From: an uncultured virus (IMG/VR IMGVR_UViG_3300008262_000044)
Taxonomy: Duplodnaviria; Heunggongvirae; Uroviricota; Caudoviricetes
Virus record (IMG/VR): IMGVR_UViG_3300008262_000044
DNA: 64,000 bases
Strand: one strand, 5' to 3'
Part shown: in pieces, positions 54,801 to 64,000 of the stretch
How the letters are laid out: each line of letters opens with the position of its first letter
Position numbering within the stretch: the stretch's first letter is position 1
The notes under the pieces: generated by a model
What the model saw: only the letters and a program-made list of their open reading frames with translations
Told to the model about the DNA's origin: nothing
The model's database searches: none
Translations under genes and position numbers: made by a program

Positions 54801-57557
54801 TGCTGTAGGACCTTCTTGTACCCCATTAAGCCATAGTTTTATTTCGTCACTTAATCTATTAACTGCAATGTGGATCCATTGGTTTAATAACGTTCTTACA
54901 TCGGTTGTGCCTGTTATTGTAATACTGTTAAGACTATTGCCAAAAACTAAATTGCCAGTGGTGCCATCAACATAGATCCACCAAGTATTGTCAGTAGAAG
55001 TGTTTCTACGATCAACAATATAATTTGCGCCTGAGCCGCTAATAGTTTGGATATAAATGAATGTTTCAAAACTAAAATTCCCAAACGTATTATAATCATT
55101 ACTGGCAGCGTATTGTATCATACCGCCAACAATCCTTGCTGTTTGAGCTGATGTTCTACCAAATTTTTTCTGACTGTAAGATAGGCCTACACCACTTGTA
55201 GATGGAGTAGTTCCATTATATAAGTTTTCAAAATCTATAGAATCTTGAGCTGTCCTACCTTCTGGAATATTAAATCTAGACAAAAATCTTGTGCTAGCGT
55301 AAACTTCTAGGGTATCTCCACTAATTTTGCACAAATCATTTTGTACATAATTTTCGCCTTCGTAAATGGCTGTTGCAAATTCGTATTGATTTTGTGCATT
55401 AACTGTAAATCTTGAAATTGCGCCGGCGCCATCGCTGGCTATAGAAGTTCCTGCTAAATTCGTATAACTTGCATCAGATCCAACTAATCTTGTAGTTCTT
55501 CCTGAAAGAAAACTTACAGTGTTCCCGCCCACTGAGCTAACTTCCATCGCTCTATTTGAACCATTATTGATAAGATGTCCTGGCAAAACTCCATTAGCAT
55601 CTAATAATGTAAAAGAGGTAGCTCCAACTTCAACGTTTTGTGTAGCAAACGCAGTCACAACTACTCCGCCAGATCCTCTTATCGCAGATACCTGCGTACC
55701 TACATTATAAGCAGATGCGTTAACTAGGGTACTTATAACAAGGCTTGTGGATACACTGGTAGTATAAGCGCCAATACCGCCTGGGGTATAAAATGACACT
55801 GTTGTATTGATATTACCTGTTAACGCTTTACTAAGAGTAATTGTTGTGCCAGCAATATTGTTTACAAAAGTACCTGGTTGAAGTCCAGCAATAGTTGTAT
55901 TGTTGCCAGATATTAATTGTCCTATAACAATTTGAGCAGCAGAGTTAACTACAATTGTGCTCTGGCCACTGGTACCGGTTGCAGTTCTTTGAACTACAAA
56001 ATCATTATTTCCGCCATACTGTTGTTCAGTAATTCTAGTTCCAACAGGCAATGAACCGCCAGTTAATCTTTGTCCAACTGCTATTCTTCCACTTACTAGA
56101 GAAGACGCAAATATTGTTGTTGCGCTTGATGTTGCTTGAAATTGAGCTGAGTTGCTAGTTAACGGATCACCGACTTGTGGGGCTGTCCCAGTGAAGGCAA
56201 GAGTATTTTCTCCTGCAACATAATCTAAATTTGTAATAAAACTACCGCTATTACCTTGAGAAGCTACAGAGAATGTCGGGCCACCAATATTTGCTCCAGT
56301 ATAAAATCCAGAAACACGCAACTGTGTATAGGATGTAGATAATACTTCTCCAGAGATTGAGCCAACTCTTGATTTACTAAAATAGGTAAAGGATGTTGCT
56401 GTTGGAGTAGTATTAACTAAAAAGGTTCCTTCAGCACGACTAAATCCAGTTACCGAGCTAGCTAACGCTTTAATACTAATTGGTGTTCCTGCTGTTAAAA
56501 AATGAGGACTAACACAATTTACTGTAATTATACTAGGGCCAATACTATTTGTAGTAGATGATGCATCAGTTGTTACTGAAACAACTAGAATATCACTACC
56601 CGGAATTTCGTATGTCGATGGATATCCTCTAGTTGTCGAAATGGCTTGCCATTTAGTAGGCTGCAATCCGTATTCAAAGTCAGCATCAAGCATGGCCTGC
56701 GGAGCAGCCATTCTTTGTCGCTCCATTGCATCAGTACCAAATTGATACGGTCTAGTTCTTAATTCGTTTTCATCAACAAAAATTTGAATAGAATCTGTAG
56801 ATGCATGTGTACTGGTATTGTAATATAAAGTTAATTGTGTATAACCCTGTGCCCATTCTAACAATCTCGGAAATATGTCAGTTTCGTCTCGAATAAATTC
56901 TCTTACAGCACCTGCAGTAGGGTCACTAAAATCATATATAATTTCGTTTTTAGTTGTATTGGTAATTAAAAGAATTTGATTTTGTTCATATTTTTTAGGA
57001 AATTTAAGTCTACCAACTCCGGTAACTTCTGTTGGCAAGGCACCTAATCCATTTTCAATTACATTGGTTAAAATTCCAACAAGCTCGGTTACTCTCGCGG
57101 TAGTTCCATTCTCAGTTATTTTTCCGGGAATAATAGCCTGCGATACCACTGCCTGATACGATGGTGCTGCGGTATTAGTAAGAATATATGTGTTAATTAT
57201 ACCTCTTAAAAATATATGTGTTTGAATTTCTACCTGTCTATCGCCGTCAATTTGCGGAACATCATTTACCCAATATTTAGAAGATACACGACGAGTTTCT
57301 TCATTTCCGCCATATCTTAAATCAAACAAATATGCATCGATGATATATCCTACATCCCTTTCACATTTTTCAGAATTAAAAACATACCCAACAAATGGAG
57401 CAATGTTTGCAGTAACCTGTGCATTGATGTATGCCGTTGCTTCCTTTTTTAAATAAGTTTTATTTGCAAGAAGCAAATCATATGCATTTGGTCTTGCATT
57501 ACTAAGATACGAAAGACCTGGTTTAAAACTGTATTCTCTAAGTTGAATTTTTGCCAT
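51801..57557 (-). CDS. Giant virion structural / fibre protein with LamG-like domain
   Basis: 1918 aa, G/T/S-rich; LamG pattern (FSFETFIY, WIHIAVNR, LWLNG, FDETRL); C-terminal region paralogous to the 58711 gene. Confidence 0.8.
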   Translation of the reverse strand: MAKIQLREYSFKPGLSYLSNARPNAYDLLLANKTYLKKEATAYINAQVTANIAPFVGYVFNSEKCERDVGYIIDAYLFDLRYGGNEETRRVSSKYWVNDVPQIDGDRQVEIQTHIFLRGIINTYILTNTAAPSYQAVVSQAIIPGKITENGTTARVTELVGILTNVIENGLGALPTEVTGVGRLKFPKKYEQNQILLITNTTKNEIIYDFSDPTAGAVREFIRDETDIFPRLLEWAQGYTQLTLYYNTSTHASTDSIQIFVDENELRTRPYQFGTDAMERQRMAAPQAMLDADFEYGLQPTKWQAISTTRGYPSTYEIPGSDILVVSVTTDASSTTNSIGPSIITVNCVSPHFLTAGTPISIKALASSVTGFSRAEGTFLVNTTPTATSFTYFSKSRVGSISGEVLSTSYTQLRVSGFYTGANIGGPTFSVASQGNSGSFITNLDYVAGENTLAFTGTAPQVGDPLTSNSAQFQATSSATTIFASSLVSGRIAVGQRLTGGSLPVGTRITEQQYGGNNDFVVQRTATGTSGQSTIVVNSAAQIVIGQLISGNNTTIAGLQPGTFVNNIAGTTITLSKALTGNINTTVSFYTPGGIGAYTTSVSTSLVISTLVNASAYNVGTQVSAIRGSGGVVVTAFATQNVEVGATSFTLLDANGVLPGHLINNGSNRAMEVSSVGGNTVSFLSGRTTRLVGSDASYTNLAGTSIASDGAGAISRFTVNAQNQYEFATAIYEGENYVQNDLCKISGDTLEVYASTRFLSRFNIPEGRTAQDSIDFENLYNGTTPSTSGVGLSYSQKKFGRTSAQTARIVGGMIQYAASNDYNTFGNFSFETFIYIQTISGSGANYIVDRRNTSTDNTWWIYVDGTTGNLVFGNSLNSITITGTTDVRTLLNQWIHIAVNRLSDEIKLWLNGVQEGPTANDTTNYQGNTQLTLGGTFDISSTSGINAFFDETRLRNVSTYSDPFTPTSNPFPADAVGATPANDITFRVATITSGGGILSASNITGTLPAGQSFSTGFIARGTAVVQTPIGNGASFNVNRVSGSYTGITLSQSGTGYLVGNLIRIPENLLDGEGNQSRNLILSVTQIAAGGGIISVSTISGTARSTGDPVQFLSSIDISDGLSGPLLNGTTTTYSAIAKILVTFPSGHGLTPGSSISVAIGSGGSNHALASGPFFVEDVPTKNTLRYTVRSAGLIGTSPGITGLIYPRTDAFFLHRPFDGGVLLSTGTPSHGAQAVRMSKKYIRYQSGKGAMYTTGALFAPSYDIRGIVADGTAVNSLITITIDDNDHGLQIKSDVRISGAITVGYNGDYEVVEILDERVFRVRAQTQLGNVVAEIGAQCQMAHTGWHGAYVRAGAFDDQNGIFFEFNGDEMALVKRSSTFQLAGTVSMNVDSNLVTGSNTRFRDQLQEGDRIIIRGMTHLVSDVISQTSMTVNPDFRGVVNVTNAKVCLIQDYRIPQSEWNLDKCDGSGPSGYILDVTKMQMIGMQYSWYGAGFIDWMFRGPNGDYVFAHRLKGNNLNTEAYMRTGNLPVRYEVLNEGGRSKLAATITSSSTNLTLKDAQFFPEVGTVYCENELISYTSKSGNVLGGLTRGTSYVNFSAGAQRTFTAGAAAGHDANVGVVLVSSTASPLISHWGSAYIMDGRFDTDRGYIFNYQITNLAVTNLKTTAFAIRLAPSVSNAITGDLGERELLNRAQLLLNSLEVVGGNPASSDSFIIEGVLNPLNYPSLAADITWFGLTSTAQGGQPSFAQIANGSSITFAGFAPVAATPTTGFNTTPKARLRSAIFTSSQVADVRLGFVVSATGGVQSGTVVERIQTDSPGAGQTTITISKDVTAAVSGSVTFTSPTYAQPGEQVFAFASPQGVREVLDLSELKELTSTAIGGRGTFPNGPDVLAINIYSTGTAAVTANLILRWGEAQA

Positions 57558-57568
57558 ATTTTTTCTCT

Positions 57569-58636
57569 TTAACCACCTAATGCAATTGCTAATGCAGTTG
57601 CTTTTCTATTTGCATAAACTTTTGTTGCCACTAGCGTATTAGTTTCTGGTGCAGTTGTTTGTGTTGTACCATCATTAAATACAATTTCTGATACATAACC
57701 AGCCTTAAATCTATAACTTGGATTACCTAACGCATATTGATTATTTACTGCCGGTACTAACACATATCTTCTATCATTATCTAATACATTTGTGGTTGTT
57801 AAAACTAATTGACCTGCTCCTTTAGCAAATGCATCAGTTGAAATGACTAAAGAAGTTTGTCCAGTTACTGAGGTTCCATTATAACCAGATTGTCTCATGT
57901 TAATTCCGCCGCTGGCATCAAATGCAACATCAGTTTCAAAACCAGCAGATGGTTTAATTTTTCCACTAGATGTCTTTGTTAAAATATTAGTTTCAATGTC
58001 AACACCGCCACTACCTATCCATATTTTATTAAATCTGTTAGTATTAGAACCAATTTGTAGTGTGTTGTTTGTAAAAGATAAAATATTACCTTTATTTGTT
58101 TGATCGTAATTTAATCTAATAGGACTGTTTATTTCTAATGTTGTAGAATCTGATGCGCCAATTTGATTATTTTGAAAATAAAATCCTTCAATGCTAACTC
58201 GTTGATCGGCGTTAATAACAATCGATCCAGATTCTGTTATTTGTACAAGTCCACTACCTGATGAATTTTGAAGTTTAATTGATGTAGCATTAACTGTACT
58301 ATGTAATAAAAAGTCGGTGCCGTCAAAACTTAAACTACCTGCATTTTGACTACTTGAATTTTTAAATTCAATTTTTTCGTTGCTTCTTACATCTAAATTT
58401 CCAACCAACGACGTAACTGCCGTAATTGTACCCAAGGTTACATTAGTTGTTGCACCACCAAGATTTGAAAGATCTGACCGTAATAACTCAAAACCTCCAC
58501 GAGTTTCGCCGTCGTATAATCTTAAAGTTTTTGAATCATAGTCATAGGTAATTTCGCCGCGAAATCCTTCCCTAAAAGTTTTTAAACTAACAGGAAGTAA
58601 TCTTAATCGAGCAGCAAGTATCTCACGTGTTGGCAT
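57569..58636 (-). CDS. Tail-fibre-associated protein (Mtd N-terminal-like motif)
   Basis: GEITYDYDSKTLRLYDG...GG; repeated (L/I)G...RF motifs; FNDGTTQTTA. Confidence 0.6.
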   Translation of the reverse strand: MPTREILAARLRLLPVSLKTFREGFRGEITYDYDSKTLRLYDGETRGGFELLRSDLSNLGGATTNVTLGTITAVTSLVGNLDVRSNEKIEFKNSSSQNAGSLSFDGTDFLLHSTVNATSIKLQNSSGSGLVQITESGSIVINADQRVSIEGFYFQNNQIGASDSTTLEINSPIRLNYDQTNKGNILSFTNNTLQIGSNTNRFNKIWIGSGGVDIETNILTKTSSGKIKPSAGFETDVAFDASGGINMRQSGYNGTSVTGQTSLVISTDAFAKGAGQLVLTTTNVLDNDRRYVLVPAVNNQYALGNPSYRFKAGYVSEIVFNDGTTQTTAPETNTLVATKVYANRKATALAIALGG

Positions 58637-58678
58637 GTTATCCCACCTTTTTATTATTTATCATAATCAAAAGGTAAC

Positions 58679-58705
58679 AAAAAACCCCACCTAAGTGGGG
58701 TTTTT
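58679..58705 (-). terminator. Rho-independent terminator
   Basis: AAAAAACCCCAC-CTAA-GTGGGGTTTTT. Confidence 0.85.
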
Positions 58706-58710
58706 GTTGA

Positions 58711-61700
58711 TTAGGCCTGTGATTCTTTCCAAGTAATTCGCGCAGTAACTGATGTAACTGCCGAAGTATCTGTTGGAACCATACAAACACTTAACACATC
58801 AGGACCGTTCGGGAATACATAGTCACCACCAAGTACAGAATTTCCTAGATCAACTAGTTCATTCAAATCTTGAACTGTGACGTTTCCAGCAGTTGATGCA
58901 GTTGCACGGAATTCATAAATTGTAACTCCGCCCACAATACTATCAGTTGCTTGTCCAGTATGTTTAATCACTTGAGTTAATGACGGTGTACCAAAGTTAG
59001 CAAAATATGCCTGTTGTGATAATGCACCGTTTAGAATCAATCTTACTGAAGCAGGTCTACTATTGGTATTTTGTACAACAATACCTACCTGTTGTAATGT
59101 AATACTCATACGGTTGATAATATCTCGATCACCCAATGCGCCTACAATACTGCTGTCAACACTTGGTGCTAGACGTAGACTTAAAATTGGAGTAATAGTT
59201 GTACCACTAGTGTTTGCAGGAATGCTAATAGTATCGCTACCACCAGAACCTGTTGCAAGAGTAAACAAGTATGCCTTATCATCTTCAAATGTTCCATCCA
59301 TAATTACCGAAGCACCCCAGTGATATAAGCTTGGTGCGTAAGTTGGTGCAGCACCATTCTTAATCTCGTAACGAGCAGGTAAATTACCAGATCTCATATA
59401 TGCTTCTACTTCTCTATTATTATGAATAAACTCATGAACATAAATTACTTTTCCGTCCGGACCTTTAAATCCAAAACGTACTTTACCTGCACCGTACCAT
59501 GAATAATCAATGTAGGCCATTTGCATACGATTAACGTCAAGTACAAAACCGCTAGGTCCAGTACCATCGCATTTATCAAGACTCCAACTACTTTGATTAA
59601 CCTTGGTATCAACAACTTTGGTAATAACTGCTCCAGATACTGTCACTCCTCTGTATCTTGGTGTAACATGTAATTCAGTGTTACTGACTACAACTACTAC
59701 TTTCATAGTCTGTCCTCTAATTACAATAACATCACCGGCTGCTAACTGCTTAGTGAAATTAGTATCGGAACCTGTGACTAATCTACCTCTATTATTAATT
59801 GCAGCAGTTCCTCCAAGTTGTCCAGTTGCACTTCTACGTACACAACCTAACGCTTGTCCGTTATATTCGTAGAATAGACCGTTCTGATCATCAAACATAC
59901 CAGCACGAACTAGAGCATCCGACCATTCAGTTACAAACAGATTTGGAAATCCGCCCGGTGTAAGATCACCAGGAACACCGTTTGTAGCATAACGGAAAGT
60001 GAAATCATCAACTACATCAAATACTGTAAAATATCCAAGTCCGCCTGCTGGAGTTGTATACGGAGTTGCTGATCCAGAACCAACAACAACCTGTTCAATT
60101 TTGATTCTATTAGTTGCAACTAATTTATGCGGTCTACGTGTTTTAACTGTTGCATAAGTTGTACCGTCGTGTGTGATACGATTTACGTCAATACTTGGAC
60201 TAAAGTTAACACCTGTAGAATATTGTAGCCCTTTACCAGATTGATAGCGGAAATACTTGCGTGTCTGACGTACAATACTTACGTTTGGACTAGTTGATGC
60301 ATTAATCTCAACACCGCCATCAAATGGTCTATGTACATTAGTACAATCTGGACGTACATATAATTCAGTTTCCTGAATAATTGGTAATGCTAATAACACA
60401 CCGTTTCTAACGTTACTTCCCTGTTGACCAGTAAAGAATATCGTACCTGTTGGTGCATTAGTTGTCAGTGCACCAGTATTGTCATATCTAATATAGCTAG
60501 AACCTAGTACTGTTGATGCAATCAAGTAATGTTGGAAACCAGTACCACGAGTTGTAATATCAACTGGTATCATTCTCAATGCATTATCTTCGTTGGTTGC
60601 TAATTGAATGATATCCTTGGTTTTTCTAATTACATAATAGGAAGTACCATCAGTTAATCCAGCCATTACAGTACCACTGTTAGGTAAACCAAAGGTATAA
60701 ACCACTTTTGTACCAGTATATAAATTATGGTCTGGTAGATAAATTTCATCAGTGTCAAGATTAACAACATCAATTTGCAAGCTAGCCACACCAACAAAAC
60801 TGCCCTGTGGATTAAATTGAATTTGTCTAGCAGTAAACGGATCAGTTACAATCATTTCTTGATCGTTTACTACAGACAATACATTCATTTCATAGGTTAC
60901 GTTTTCAATAACTGCAAATCTATGAGCAGCGTTACCTGTTGGAGCTACTGCTGTAATATTTACTGCTGTTTGTGTAGCAACTGCGCCACCACCACTACCG
61001 CCTTCGATAGCTTCAGCGTAGGTGTTGTGCAGAGTAATATTATTAGCGTCTTGTCTGTTAACATAGTAAATTCTATTAGCTACTAATCCGCCAATTGGTG
61101 TTTGATACGAAGTAGCGCCAGCAGTGTTAATTACTTGACTTTGAGTACCAACAGCTGGAGTTGTTCCTGCATGATTTCCGCCAATTGCATCAATTTCATA
61201 ACGCACTGCGTCACCTGTTAATAATCTGTGAGCGGTGATTGTAATTGTATCATTGGCAACACTTGGTGCAGTGTTTGCGTTAAAATAAATTGTACGTTTT
61301 GGAATTTGATTACTTACCTTAACAGTATTGCCGCCTCTATAACTTACTAGGAATCTAGTACTGTATGATGGTAATGTAGGCACTCTTAACCAACTTAAAT
61401 TATCCAAGTTAGTGGTTAGTGATACAGGAACTTGGCTGGCGCCAGTGTTGGCACTAGTCAAACTCATAAAGTATGTGTTGTTATATAAAACAACGTCACC
61501 GTATACATAAGTATCACTGGCGTTCCACTCGCCTCTATAAATTGTTCCTCTTAGAGTCGGATTCGATACTTTAAACTGGTGAACAGTTCCCAATCCTACA
61601 CCAACAAGATCAACTAAGTCTGTATTGGTATACGCACCAACCCAAGTGTTGTGTAGAGAGAAGTTGTTGGCCGCTGATGCGCCACCACCGCCCCTAGGTG

Positions 61701-64000
61701 CACCAGATGCAGTATTATTAACAAAATACTGGCGTCCATCAACCAGACCGTTAATTACACGACCACCGGCCCATACTCTATAAATTACTCTGTCACCAGT
61801 TACTAAACCGTGTGAAGTAAAATTAATACGATCCGATGAAGCTAACACTGTAGCTGCTGAGCTACCGTTAACAATTAAATCTCTGGCTACAATTGTTGCT
61901 AGTCCACCCGATAAGCTTTCGCCAAATACCTGATCTGTAGTAAATGTATGGGCTCCGGCACTTCCTAAACTTGCAAATCTAGTAATAGCAATTCCTGCCA
62001 ATGCATTTGCTTTGGTAGTTGCTAATTGGAAACTGTCTAAACCGGTTCTAATTACATAATATGCAGTATTATTGATTAGACTATTATAAGTGTTGTTACC
62101 TGTTGGAGGAACTGTACCTTCACCAATAGCGTTGGCTAATGCTCCTTTTGAGTAGGTTACTTTGGTACCAGTATTAAATCCATGATTTGTAATTTGGAAT
62201 TCACCGGTTTCCATTTGTAGATAATCTGCAGGTTCAAAGTAGAATATTCTATTTGAAACTGTAGTACCTATCGGTAAAGCAATAGTATTATTTCCAACGC
62301 TGGTAGCAGTATAACCGCCATCTAAAGTTCCAGTAGACGATACATCTTCAAAAGTATGGTCAATAGCACTGCTGGCTAAACCTTGGATAGGAACAGCATT
62401 ATAGAAATGTATAAATGTCCAGTTAGTACCTGCAGTTGTAATATCAATTGGGAATCCTGCATAAGCCAATGCCGGTGTCAATGCTAATCCAAATGTATTC
62501 GCATTAAAGATAATTGCAAAATAAACTACACCGTTACCTGCGCTAACACCTGTAGCAACACCGCCTGTGGTTGCAGCAACAGTTACAGTTTCACCTGCTT
62601 TTAAGTTATGAGTAGTAACAGTCCACCAATCGTTGGTAGCATCACCGGCACCGGCTGTAAGTTGTCTACTACGTCCAGCTTCTGTTTCAAATAGTTGGAA
62701 ACTTCCGTATAGTTTTTCAACTAATGCTCCTTCTACAATAGCAGCAGCAGTTGTTGCTCGTTGTGCTCTGGTAACTGTTAGTGTAGTACCTGAAATGTTA
62801 GTAATTAAAATAAACTCGGTACCTACTTTAATAGTGTCACCTATTGCTAATCCAGTGTTGGTAGTAATTGTCAAACTAGTTGCAACAGCAGTTGCAGCAC
62901 TTAATGTTCCAGATATATTCCATAGAATAGTATTATTAACATTTCTAACAATATATTGTGTGTTGTTAACAAGACCAGGGTATCCAGACAGGCCGCTACC
63001 TAAATCAAGTCCGCCGTTATTTTTATAACGAATAACAGCACCATCAACAAACACCTGATCTTGAATAGGTACTACAAATCTGTTGGCGTAAATGTTTTGA
63101 ACAAATGGTGCAGTAAATGCCATTGGTGTACAAGCATTAGTTGTTTGAACAATTCCGCTTAACTGTACTGTTGGGTTACCTGTTGGTAACGCAGCCGATA
63201 ACAGATGAACCTTAAAGATATCATTGGTGATTGGAACCATGTAGTACTGACTACCGCTGGTCAATCCAGGAATAACCTGTGTAGGCTGTGTTAGATATGT
63301 ACGAATTCTTGGCCAGTTAGCACCAGTTGCATCAGTTACTGTGTCAAATAGTGGACCAGGATAATCTGGGCCAGTAGGATATACACCCTGTGATGCAATT
63401 CCTGTAACTAAATCAGTGGATCCTGAAAGATTTCCAACACGTTGATTTGTCTGTACTCCGCCGTGATTTGCTAGGAAGAAGCTGTTGCTAAATGGATTTT
63501 CATCAATTGCGCAGCAGAAAAATCTTCCGCCACCCGTAACACCTGTGCCACCGACACCAGAGGTAATTGTACCGCCACTAAAGTCAACTGGTGAGCCTGT
63601 AGGAGTTAAGCTAATAGAAAATTCTACAACACCGTCACCAGTCCATACATTTCTTACATAGTAATATTGAAAAGCACCAAAAGTATTGGCACTGGTAGTC
63701 ACACCAGTTGGCGCAGATGAACCAGTACCTAATTTTAGAATAATTTTTTGTCCTTCGTAGATATTTGCTGGCACAGTTTGATATTGAGAGATAACACGAT
63801 CACGTGCTGCTCCGCTTCCACCTGTTGCTGTTGCAGTAAATGTGTTTACAGTAAATCCTGGCTGAATACACATAAAACCGCCTGCAATTGTGGTCAATGC
63901 ACTAAAGTCAAGTTTACTACCAGAAGTTGCACTGGCGTAAGGTCCTGTTGCTACTGAAACGTTTTCACCCCAAAATAGTTCAAATGAGTCAGCGTCTACT
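58711..64000 (-). CDS. Giant repetitive virion structural protein, 5'-truncated by the window edge
   Basis: Frame stays open upstream of 63897 to the window end (VDADSFELFWGEN...); repeated H(G/N)xxTGxxVxY...YYV...FQLA modules. Confidence 0.85.
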   Translation of the reverse strand, partial: VDADSFELFWGENVSVATGPYASATSGSKLDFSALTTIAGGFMCIQPGFTVNTFTATATGGSGAARDRVISQYQTVPANIYEGQKIILKLGTGSSAPTGVTTSANTFGAFQYYYVRNVWTGDGVVEFSISLTPTGSPVDFSGGTITSGVGGTGVTGGGRFFCCAIDENPFSNSFFLANHGGVQTNQRVGNLSGSTDLVTGIASQGVYPTGPDYPGPLFDTVTDATGANWPRIRTYLTQPTQVIPGLTSGSQYYMVPITNDIFKVHLLSAALPTGNPTVQLSGIVQTTNACTPMAFTAPFVQNIYANRFVVPIQDQVFVDGAVIRYKNNGGLDLGSGLSGYPGLVNNTQYIVRNVNNTILWNISGTLSAATAVATSLTITTNTGLAIGDTIKVGTEFILITNISGTTLTVTRAQRATTAAAIVEGALVEKLYGSFQLFETEAGRSRQLTAGAGDATNDWWTVTTHNLKAGETVTVAATTGGVATGVSAGNGVVYFAIIFNANTFGLALTPALAYAGFPIDITTAGTNWTFIHFYNAVPIQGLASSAIDHTFEDVSSTGTLDGGYTATSVGNNTIALPIGTTVSNRIFYFEPADYLQMETGEFQITNHGFNTGTKVTYSKGALANAIGEGTVPPTGNNTYNSLINNTAYYVIRTGLDSFQLATTKANALAGIAITRFASLGSAGAHTFTTDQVFGESLSGGLATIVARDLIVNGSSAATVLASSDRINFTSHGLVTGDRVIYRVWAGGRVINGLVDGRQYFVNNTASGAPRGGGGASAANNFSLHNTWVGAYTNTDLVDLVGVGLGTVHQFKVSNPTLRGTIYRGEWNASDTYVYGDVVLYNNTYFMSLTSANTGASQVPVSLTTNLDNLSWLRVPTLPSYSTRFLVSYRGGNTVKVSNQIPKRTIYFNANTAPSVANDTITITAHRLLTGDAVRYEIDAIGGNHAGTTPAVGTQSQVINTAGATSYQTPIGGLVANRIYYVNRQDANNITLHNTYAEAIEGGSGGGAVATQTAVNITAVAPTGNAAHRFAVIENVTYEMNVLSVVNDQEMIVTDPFTARQIQFNPQGSFVGVASLQIDVVNLDTDEIYLPDHNLYTGTKVVYTFGLPNSGTVMAGLTDGTSYYVIRKTKDIIQLATNEDNALRMIPVDITTRGTGFQHYLIASTVLGSSYIRYDNTGALTTNAPTGTIFFTGQQGSNVRNGVLLALPIIQETELYVRPDCTNVHRPFDGGVEINASTSPNVSIVRQTRKYFRYQSGKGLQYSTGVNFSPSIDVNRITHDGTTYATVKTRRPHKLVATNRIKIEQVVVGSGSATPYTTPAGGLGYFTVFDVVDDFTFRYATNGVPGDLTPGGFPNLFVTEWSDALVRAGMFDDQNGLFYEYNGQALGCVRRSATGQLGGTAAINNRGRLVTGSDTNFTKQLAAGDVIVIRGQTMKVVVVVSNTELHVTPRYRGVTVSGAVITKVVDTKVNQSSWSLDKCDGTGPSGFVLDVNRMQMAYIDYSWYGAGKVRFGFKGPDGKVIYVHEFIHNNREVEAYMRSGNLPARYEIKNGAAPTYAPSLYHWGASVIMDGTFEDDKAYLFTLATGSGGSDTISIPANTSGTTITPILSLRLAPSVDSSIVGALGDRDIINRMSITLQQVGIVVQNTNSRPASVRLILNGALSQQAYFANFGTPSLTQVIKHTGQATDSIVGGVTIYEFRATASTAGNVTVQDLNELVDLGNSVLGGDYVFPNGPDVLSVCMVPTDTSAVTSVTARITWKESQA

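Noticed and set aside
41399..63957. Plus-strand ORFs antisense to structural genes (e.g. 41399, 43935, 44736, 47164, 51868, 59063, 62633)
   Set aside because: Shadow frames of strongly coding minus-strand genes, with no RBS, promoter or recognisable motifs.
1..64000. Stop-codon reassignment as seen in some jumbo phages
   Set aside because: Core genes (helicase, TerL, sheath, UvsX) are full length in the standard code, and TAA, TAG and TGA all end genes.
51801..64000. Diversity-generating retroelement targeting the fibre genes
   Set aside because: No reverse transcriptase in the window and no near-identical repeat pair differing only at adenines. The paralog similarity is at protein level.
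1..64000. tRNA or rRNA genes
   Set aside because: No cloverleaf with a T-loop GTTCRA pattern was recognised in the few intergenic gaps. A tRNAscan-SE run would be needed to exclude them formally.

Overview
A 64 kb segment of a large T4-related contractile-tailed (myovirus, probably jumbo) phage genome using the standard genetic code. Bases 1-4800 are an array of small early genes built as repeated cassettes: hairpin, TTTTGG-TTGACA-N17-TATACT promoter, often a 5' stem-loop, then an AGGAG RBS. The array ends in a terminator followed by a G-rich, repeat- and palindrome-rich largely non-coding stretch. Next come small accessory genes (a minimal malonyl-CoA-decarboxylase-like GNAT protein, YccA/BI-1, a nucleotidyltransferase) and replication genes (gp41-like helicase, carbamoyltransferase, primase, a 192-aa mini-DnaE, UvsW-like helicase). 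A 10.5 kb glycosylation island follows, then UvsY/UvsX/gp32, the terminase subunits, head completion, tail tube and sheath, dNMP kinase, neck proteins, and two giant paralogous virion proteins, the last running off the right edge. Main observations: two early genes purged of GA/TC and GG motifs; many genes whose start codon sits 4-7 nt after the promoter (leaderless); a glycan biosynthesis island under late-type promoters; and miniaturised MCD-like and DnaE-like enzymes. All functional calls come from motif recognition by eye. No database searches were run.
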